Source: a plasmid. Taken from it: a stretch of DNA of 64,000 nucleotides. Position 1 is the first letter of the stretch. The number at the start of each line of letters is the position of its first letter. Made by a program: the position numbers and the translations under genes. Shown one piece after another: positions 57,479-64,000 of the stretch. Where the stretch lies: sequence record NZ_CP096760.1; one strand, 5' to 3'. A model generated the notes under the pieces. That model was not told where the DNA came from. It ran no database searches and saw only the letters and a program-made list of their open reading frames with translations.

Positions 57479-57668
57479 CAGACCTCCTTATTTGCTAGCA
57501 TTGATACTATAGTACCCCATAGTATAAGAAAAGCAATATTTTTTATAAATCGAAAATCAAAAAGACCTTTAGCGAAAATTTTCTATCCCTGTTTTTAGTT
57601 TTTTTAAATTAACATCGTAGAGCTGATGATGTGTGCTGAAATAACAGAACACTTTCACTTAGGATATT

Positions 57669-58538
57669 CTAGGCAACCAACTTATAAAAGTCCTCTGCCA
57701 TTTGATTTGGTGTCTTAAAATCCAGTCCTTTCTGAATTCTCTGCTGATTATAAAATAGCTCTATGTATTTTGTAATATCTGCTTTGGCTTCTTCCCTCGT
57801 TTTATAATTGCGATGATGCACCAATTCGTTCTTTAATATTCCCCAGAAACTTTCAATTGGAGCATTATCATAACAGTCTCCTTTCTTACTCATCGAACCA
57901 TGAAATCCATATTTTTCAATCATGTTACGATATTCATGACTGCAATATTGACTGCCTCTGTCTGAGTGAACAATTAATCCTTGTGGTGGTTTGCGATTCC
58001 TAATTGCCATATTCAGTGCATTGCAGACAAGTTGGGCTGTCATACGTTCACTTAAGCTATAACCAACCACTTGTTTGGTACAAAGGTCTTTTAAAGCCGC
58101 TAGATACAGCCATCCTTCAGCTGTCCATATGTATGTAATGTCACTTACCCACGCAATGTTGGGAGTAGTCGCTGTAAAGTTTTGCTCTAACAAATTGTTG
58201 TAAACAGAACGACTGTGATCGCTATTTGTTGTCCTTTTAAAACGTTTATGACGTTTACAATACAGTTGATTTAGCCTTTTTATACAACGGACTGCATACG
58301 CGCTAATTTGAGTGCCTTGTGACTGTAAGTACTTCGTTAAGCGAATATGACCATAACTTTCTTTAGTTTCTTGATGGGCTATTTTGACAAAGATTGTCTG
58401 TTGGTTTCTTTGAATAGCTCGTTTACTTAAGCCTTGCTTTACCCAATCATAAAACCTTGATATTGAAACTTTAAGCAGTCTAGCCATCATCGTTGTTGGG
58501 TAGGTGTTTTTGTACTCTTTCATGTAAGCGTACCTCAC
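57669..58538 (-). CDS. IS3 transposase OrfB (DDE integrase core)
   Basis: rve-type catalytic core. Confidence 0.8.
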   Translation of the reverse strand: MRYAYMKEYKNTYPTTMMARLLKVSISRFYDWVKQGLSKRAIQRNQQTIFVKIAHQETKESYGHIRLTKYLQSQGTQISAYAVRCIKRLNQLYCKRHKRFKRTTNSDHSRSVYNNLLEQNFTATTPNIAWVSDITYIWTAEGWLYLAALKDLCTKQVVGYSLSERMTAQLVCNALNMAIRNRKPPQGLIVHSDRGSQYCSHEYRNMIEKYGFHGSMSKKGDCYDNAPIESFWGILKNELVHHRNYKTREEAKADITKYIELFYNQQRIQKGLDFKTPNQMAEDFYKLVA

Positions 58539-58833
58539 TGATTTTCCTTGGCAAAGTACGCTGCTGCTTTTTTAGAAACTCTTTCTCCATTTCGGCAGTT
58601 TTGAGTTGTTGTTTGAGCTTTTTATTTTCTTCGAGCAGAGCAACGAGGTCAGGTGAATATTGTTGTGTTCCCTCTAATGTTCCTGCTTTTGCTTTATTAT
58701 ACCAATTCGACAGCGTTTGCATGGAAACACCAAGTTGTCGTGCTGTTTCCGAGACATTTCCTTGATTTAACTCAATAGCCTTGATTGCTTCAGCTTTAAA
58801 TTCTGCCGTATAAATCTTTTGTTTTTTGCTCAT
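58480..58833 (-). CDS. IS3 transposase OrfA (HTH)
   Basis: HTH plus leucine-zipper-like region; ends in the frameshift window. Confidence 0.8.
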   Translation of the reverse strand: MSKKQKIYTAEFKAEAIKAIELNQGNVSETARQLGVSMQTLSNWYNKAKAGTLEGTQQYSPDLVALLEENKKLKQQLKTAEMEKEFLKKQQRTLPRKISEVRLHERVQKHLPNNDDG

Positions 58834-58925
58834 GGTAAACTCCTGATGAGTATGTTTAGCTTACCAAGTTAAAGTCTCCGTTTTTGTCAGCACACATCAC
58901 ATTCAGAAGGTTACTTATAATTAAA

Positions 58926-59387
58926 ATGGATTTCTCCATACATACTGATCATACAGTCACGCTTGAATTATTAAAAACCTACCTTCGAATGTTCATCAAA
59001 AAACTTCATGCACCGAATGATAAAGTTCCACCCATTGTCGGTTTTGTTTGGAAATTAGAATACTCAGTATTAAAAAGTTACCACTATCATTTCCTATTTT
59101 TCATGGATGCGAATACTTTTACAGAAGATAAAAACTTTGCCTATAAACTTGGTGAATTATGGCAAAAAATAACCTTAAAAAAAGGAATCTATCAAAGCTT
59201 CAATCATGAAGAGCAAGTACGTAAAAATCTTGCTATTGGTATACTCACTCATGATGATCAAGAAAAAATTGACTCTCTAAATAAGATGATTTATCACATA
59301 ACCAAAACAGAGCAGTTCATTCTTGAAAGAAGCCAAATTAATCAACGAACATTTGGCTACAGCACCCGCAAGTATGCAACAAGGTAA
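58926..59387 (+). CDS. hypothetical protein
   Basis: The ORF-track start 58884 lies inside the IS terminal repeat, so the start was moved to the internal Met. Confidence 0.4.
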   Translation: MDFSIHTDHTVTLELLKTYLRMFIKKLHAPNDKVPPIVGFVWKLEYSVLKSYHYHFLFFMDANTFTEDKNFAYKLGELWQKITLKKGIYQSFNHEEQVRKNLAIGILTHDDQEKIDSLNKMIYHITKTEQFILERSQINQRTFGYSTRKYATR

Positions 59388-59634
59388 GTTGAATACTTTA
59401 TAAAGATTTAGCTAGATGTTTCTTTAATTCTGTTCTTTTCTATTCATTCGACACATAAGGTCACGAATTACGTAAACCCTATATAAGTTTATTTTTTAAA
59501 CAGTTGAATACCTTATTTCATACATTAATTTACAGCGTGCCGTTTCATCCTAAGGCTCTAATACAAGTGTTTTTTAATTCTTGGCAGCCTTGCTAGGAGT
59601 CTGTTTAATGTTGAACTAGAAAGAGGAAATCCGC

Positions 59635-60798
59635 ATGCGTGCTCTTACCTATCATGGTGCTAGGGATGTACGAGTTGAATCTGTTCCAGATCCAGTGATT
59701 CAGGAACCAGATGACGTTATTTTAAGGGTGACAGCCACCGCCATCTGTGGCTCAGATCTGCATTTATACCGGGGAAAAATCCCGGCCACTGAAGACGGTG
59801 ATATTTTCGGCCATGAATTTATGGGAATTGTAGAAGAAGTCGGCCCAGAAGTAACCGAAGTCAAAAAAGGTGATCGGGTAATTATTCCCTTTGTGATTGC
59901 ATGCGGTCACTGTTTTTTCTGTGAACATGAACTCATGGCTGCCTGTGAAAATACCAATACCGGCCGTGGTGCAATTCTCAATAAAAAACAGATCCCACCA
60001 GGGGCAGCTTTATTTGGCTTTAGCCATTTGTATGGTGGTATACCGGGTGGTCAAGCTGAATATGTGCGGATCCCCAAGGGCAATGTCGGACCATTTAAAG
60101 TGCCAGGCTCCCTGCCTGATGAAAAAGTATTATTCCTGACCGATATTCTACCAACCGCCTGGCAAGCAGTAAACAATGCCCAAGTTGGTCGAGGTTCCAG
60201 TGTGGCGATTTATGGTGCTGGCCCAGTCGGTCTGCTGGCTGCTGCCTGTGCGCGGATGCTCGGTGCCGAGCAGATTTTTATGGTCGATCACCATCCTTAT
60301 CGTCTGCGTTTCGCACATCAAACCTATGGAGTGATTCCGGTCAATTTTGATGAAGTCGATGCCGCTGAATTTATCATTCAAAATACCACGGGTTATCGTG
60401 GAGTCGATGCCGTCATTGATGCGGTCGGTTTTGAAGCCAAAGGCAGCATGCTGGAAACCGTAATGACTAACCTGAAATTAGAAGGTTCGAGTGGTTCAGC
60501 GTTAAGACAATGTATTGCAGCGGTCCGCCGCGGCGGTGTGGTGAGTGTACCTGGAGTTTATGCCGGTCCAATTCATGGCTTCCTGTTTGGTGATGCCTTT
60601 GACAAAGGTTTAACCTTTAAAATGGGACAAACTCATGTGCATAATTACTTGCCGCAGTTGCTAGAACATATTGAAAATGGAGATCTGTCTCCAGATCTGA
60701 TCATTACCCATCGCATGAAACTGGAAGATGCTGCGGAAGGTTACCGTATTTTTGATAAAAAAGAAGAAGACTGTCGTAAAGTGATTCTGACGCCATAA
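59635..60798 (+). CDS. fdhA: Zinc-dependent dehydrogenase, glutathione-independent formaldehyde dehydrogenase-like
   Basis: [30 protein letters not shown]; similar along its length to FdhA-type enzymes. Confidence 0.7.
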   Translation: MRALTYHGARDVRVESVPDPVIQEPDDVILRVTATAICGSDLHLYRGKIPATEDGDIFGHEFMGIVEEVGPEVTEVKKGDRVIIPFVIACGHCFFCEHELMAACENTNTGRGAILNKKQIPPGAALFGFSHLYGGIPGGQAEYVRIPKGNVGPFKVPGSLPDEKVLFLTDILPTAWQAVNNAQVGRGSSVAIYGAGPVGLLAAACARMLGAEQIFMVDHHPYRLRFAHQTYGVIPVNFDEVDAAEFIIQNTTGYRGVDAVIDAVGFEAKGSMLETVMTNLKLEGSSGSALRQCIAAVRRGGVVSVPGVYAGPIHGFLFGDAFDKGLTFKMGQTHVHNYLPQLLEHIENGDLSPDLIITHRMKLEDAAEGYRIFDKKEEDCRKVILTP

Positions 60799-60811
60799 AT
60801 ATGATTAAATG

Positions 60812-60841
60812 AAAGCGCCGTCAGGCGCTTTTTTATTTTTT
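60812..60841 (+). terminator. Intrinsic terminator
   Basis: AAGCGCC-GTCA-GGCGCTT then a T-run. Confidence 0.65.
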
Positions 60842-60878
60842 ATCATCATTTTATCAATCCTCTTTTTCTTGTTTTTAA

Positions 60879-61926
60879 GGGCTTTGTTGCACAAAGATTT
60901 GAAATGCAAAGCGCCCCTAATTGAGCCAAATTTAAGGCGTAACTTGGGTAAGTGGTCGACCTAATTCCGTAAATCTGTTAAGGACTGCTACACGTGCATG
61001 GATCTCATTCACTTGGCTATCAAAACTCCTTGCACTGAGTTTATCCCCTAATAATTTAATGCAGTTCATCTTAGTTTCAACCAAACTTCGCCGATGATAG
61101 CCTGACCATTTTTTCCATAGTGTCCTGCCTAAACGCTTAACTGTTCGAAGTAATTCATTTCGCTCTAGCGAGCTACTCTTTGTATCTTTCCATGGTTTCG
61201 CATTTTTTCTAGGTGGAATCACCGCATGCGCTTGCCGATCTGCAATGACCTGACGGCATTGCTTGGTGTCATAAGCTCCATCGGTATAAACAGAGTCAAT
61301 CCTCTCATCTTGTGGAATCTGATTAAGTAAATCACCAAGCACCTGTGAATTACTGACATTATTGGTTGTAAGCTGAACTGCTCGTATTTGTAGGGTTTTA
61401 GAATCTATGCCAATATGAAGTTTACGCCATTGGCGACGATATTCAGGTCCATGTTTCTTGCGTTTCCATTCGCTCTCACCTAGAAACTTCATGCCTGTAG
61501 AGTCCATGAGTAGATGCAGCCCATCGCTACTTTTTTGGTAGCTGATTACAATATCAATATGCTTTTGTCTTCTACAAAGCGTGGTGTACGAATATCACTG
61601 ATATTCGGGGCTGCTCATCCGCAAAGTTTAATCAGACTTTGCAAAAAGCCAGTAACCATACGTAAAGTCAGACGGAATAAGGATTTAATCATTAAGCAGC
61701 ATTCGATGGCTGCGTCGGAGTATGTTTGATTTCGCCCTTGTTTGCCTTTTGATGGAGCATACCATTGCGTAGCAGGATCAAACCAAATGGCAATATTTCT
61801 GCGACTCATGAGTGCTCGGTTATATGCTGGCCAATTGGTTGTGCGGTAGATTTTCTGTGTAGGCTTCTTCATTTGAAAATTATATCGCTGAAAAAGCCGT
61901 TACAGATAGGTTTGTGCAACAAAGCC
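60879..61926 (-). mobile_element. IS5-family (IS903-group) element, second copy, degenerate
   Basis: Same terminal repeats as the first copy. Transposase about 80% identical to copy 1 but broken. Inverted orientation relative to copy 1. No flanking direct repeat. Confidence 0.75.
60932..61872 (-). pseudogene. IS5-family transposase, disrupted (in-frame TGA after ...LIKLCG plus indel)
   Basis: Two ORF fragments, 61615..61872 and 60932..61507, collinear with the copy-1 transposase. Confidence 0.7.
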
Positions 61927-62108
61927 CATCGAGTGCTAAATTGCTTGCATTACTTGCAATGGCATCTGCCAAACGCCCTCTTCAATATAATTATACTCCC
62001 ATATTACAAGCTTTATATCTATCTAGTTATCTACATTTCTATATTCCTATATTACTACATAACAATATTGAAAGTTACTTATAAAACAATATAATATCCT
62101 AACTATAT

Positions 62109-62184
62109 TGCGTAGTAGCTCAGTAGGTAGAGCAGCGGACTGTTAATCCGTTGGTCACTGGTTCGAACCCAGTCTACGCAGCCA
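62109..62184 (+). tRNA. tRNA-Asn: tRNA-Asn (anticodon GUU)
   Basis: Cloverleaf: acceptor TGCGTAG/CTACGCA, D-arm GCTC...GAGC, anticodon stem GCGGA/TCCGT with loop CTGTTAA, T-arm ACTGG-TTCGAAC-CCAGT, encoded CCA. Confidence 0.85.
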
Positions 62185-62194
62185 ATCTCCTTAT

Positions 62195-62467
62195 ATGCTC
62201 CTCTTGTACTCAGGGACCGAAATGTCATACGCCGACAGAACACCGATGGCAAAATTCTTTGATGCGCTGGCTTATGAAAAGAATGAAGTAAAAGTTACGC
62301 ACACAAAGGATAAAAAGGGCGTCCATGAGTCGATTCATGTGAAGTTAAGTAGTGGTTTTGCAAAATTTGAAAAGAACAATCAAAAATATGAATTTGTCTT
62401 TAATCATCAACACCAAGAAATTAATGAAGATTGCTTTACTTCCGTAAAAGAAAAGTTAGTTAAATAA
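62195..62467 (+). CDS. hypothetical protein
   Basis: 90-aa ORF. Confidence 0.4.
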   Translation: MLLLYSGTEMSYADRTPMAKFFDALAYEKNEVKVTHTKDKKGVHESIHVKLSSGFAKFEKNNQKYEFVFNHQHQEINEDCFTSVKEKLVK

Positions 62468-62700
62468 TTAACAATATTAATGGCTTATAATCTATGTAGA
62501 TTTCTATCTATATTTCTATATTTCTACATAAATTTGTAATTGTTGATGCAAATTCACCGTTTGCACGTTTTTAAAATAGAAACGGCTATTTTGCATTTTG
62601 AAACGATTGCATTGCTTTTCGAGTAGTAAGCGTTTATATTCTCAATAGTAAAGTATTTTTATACATTTCTATTTATCACAGGCAGAATAGGTGCAGCGAA

Positions 62701-63027
62701 ATGTTCACAAGAACGGTTCAAACCCTTAAAAATAGCACAGATCTTGTTCAAAGATTTGCTATGCCTGAAATTCATGAAGATTTTGAATTACGCCGTCTTT
62801 CTAATAAAGACCGCTATAAACACTACATTCTTATCTTCAAGAATGTAATCAACCAAAAGAAAGATTGGGAAGATGTAAAGGTCGTTGCTGAGATTCAGGA
62901 ACGCAACCATAATCTTCGATTCAATATTAAGATTTCTAAACAGTATCCAGAACTTGCAGATTATGAAAAGCTTTTAGAAGCTAAAATTAATGCTATCATT
63001 AACAATAGCTCATTAGTAATTTCATAA
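62701..63027 (+). CDS. hypothetical protein
   Basis: 108-aa ORF. Confidence 0.45.
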   Translation: MFTRTVQTLKNSTDLVQRFAMPEIHEDFELRRLSNKDRYKHYILIFKNVINQKKDWEDVKVVAEIQERNHNLRFNIKISKQYPELADYEKLLEAKINAIINNSSLVIS

Positions 63028-63042
63028 GAAACAAGGATAACT

Positions 63043-63765
63043 GTGTCTCCTAGTCTTTTAACTCAAGATAATTATCAAAAACTTCTTGATCCGCTACCCC
63101 TAGACTTTGACTATGAAAAACCTATTGAAACTAGGTTTTTCTTTAATCAAGTATCTGATTCTATTTTTAAGTTTGTAGAACTTAAAGGCAATCCTGGCTG
63201 CGATTATAGTGGCTGCATTGAGGTGCATTATTGCCATTATAATGAAATGGCGAAAGGTGCCATGCTAGCGATAGCTGAAGACCATTGTGATCCTTATGAA
63301 GTTGCAGCCGAGGTATTTAAAGCCGGCTTGGACTACGATTATGAAAAACTAATAGGTCGATATACTTATAAGGATTTCACATTTCAGGATCATGAAGAGA
63401 CCAAATTTGGCAAACAGATCAGAGGGGCATATATTGAAAAAGAATTTCAACAATTTAAAATTGCCACTTTCATTTATCAATTTCTGGCGAATAAATATTC
63501 ACATTTAATAAGCGACAACCAACAAACCTATCAGGGACACAATTTATGGGTTTTAAGTGTTCTTAAATGGGGGAAGGTAAAAGCTTATGATTGTATTGAG
63601 CAAAAATTTATCAGTTCCTTCCATCCTATAGACGAGTCGAAAGGTTTCAAGCCGTGGTCAATTCCTTATAACTTTCCTGAGGAAAATGAAAAGTTTTTAA
63701 TCATGGATTTTTGCGTGCGAACAGATGTTCCTCTTGCCAACGTAGTGTTAATCGCTCATGGTTAG
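63043..63765 (+). CDS. hypothetical protein
   Basis: 240-aa ORF. Confidence 0.5.
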   Translation: MSPSLLTQDNYQKLLDPLPLDFDYEKPIETRFFFNQVSDSIFKFVELKGNPGCDYSGCIEVHYCHYNEMAKGAMLAIAEDHCDPYEVAAEVFKAGLDYDYEKLIGRYTYKDFTFQDHEETKFGKQIRGAYIEKEFQQFKIATFIYQFLANKYSHLISDNQQTYQGHNLWVLSVLKWGKVKAYDCIEQKFISSFHPIDESKGFKPWSIPYNFPEENEKFLIMDFCVRTDVPLANVVLIAHG

Positions 63766-63789
63766 AAATTTGATGAAGTTGCTTAAAAT

Positions 63790-63817
63790 AAAGCTCGCTT
63801 ATTGCGAGCTTTTTTGT
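63790..63817 (+). terminator. Intrinsic terminator, possibly bidirectional
   Basis: AAGCTCGC-TTAT-TGCGAGCTT then TTTTTG. Confidence 0.6.
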
Positions 63818-63840
63818 TTGGATGGCTTGATAACCGATTT

Positions 63841-64000
63841 CTAAAACTGCTGATCCAAGTAATCGGCGTATTCCACAGATTTTCTACTTTTCTCTTTAAG
63901 AAGCAAAATAATCTCATTTCTTATGCCTGCAGGAATTGGGCGCTCTCTTGTTATCCATTGTCTAACTCTGCGTGGATCCACATCAATAGCGCGAGCCAAT
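63841..64000 (-). CDS. partial CDS (C-terminus only) of an HTH-like protein running off the window end
   Basis: Reverse frame reads ...LARAIDVDPRRVRQWITRERPIPAGIRNEII... Confidence 0.4.
   Translation of the reverse strand, partial: LARAIDVDPRRVRQWITRERPIPAGIRNEIILLLKEKSRKSVEYADYLDQQF

Larger units (their letters stand above)
57624..58905 (-). mobile_element. IS3-family insertion sequence (orfA/orfB)
   Basis: Imperfect terminal repeats TGATGATGTGTGCTGA... / ...TCAGCACACATCACATTCA. A6G slippery site with FLKKAAAYF in the -1 frame. Boundaries approximate. Confidence 0.7.

Overview
The window is AT-rich (roughly 40% GC) and looks Acinetobacter-like. Positions 1 to about 47.8 kb are a single mobile-element-like block of phage replication, recombination and nucleotide-metabolism genes. 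It carries plasmid-type maintenance functions: a 9-copy iteron array with a Rep_3 (RepB) initiator, ParA with a small partner protein, a short tyrosine recombinase and an XRE-type repressor. The phage machinery includes a DnaB-like helicase, primase, ATP-dependent ligase, a gp55-like late sigma factor, a CobS/CobT-like AAA+/VWA pair, a gp32-like zinc SSB, a 5'-3' exonuclease, SbcCD, a RuvC-like resolvase, RNR NrdAB, ThyX, MazG, nucleotide kinases and a DnaQ-like exonuclease. No capsid, tail, terminase or lysis genes are present in this window. Three features stand out: a DnaE-type polymerase split into two ORFs by an HNH homing endonuclease gene and ending in a degenerate UDG-like domain; a RecA gene carrying a 360-aa intein with LAGLIDADG-like motifs; and at least 14 copies of a conserved palindromic promoter-like element (TAGTAAGCGCTTACTA followed by TATAAT) upstream of the phage genes. 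From about 47.9 kb an IS903-group element marks the junction to a host-type segment (TetR, NemA-like OYE, DJ-1, Fe-ADH, frmR-frmA-frmB, an IS3 element, a fdhA-like dehydrogenase). A second, degenerate IS903-group copy, a tRNA-Asn and hypothetical ORFs follow.
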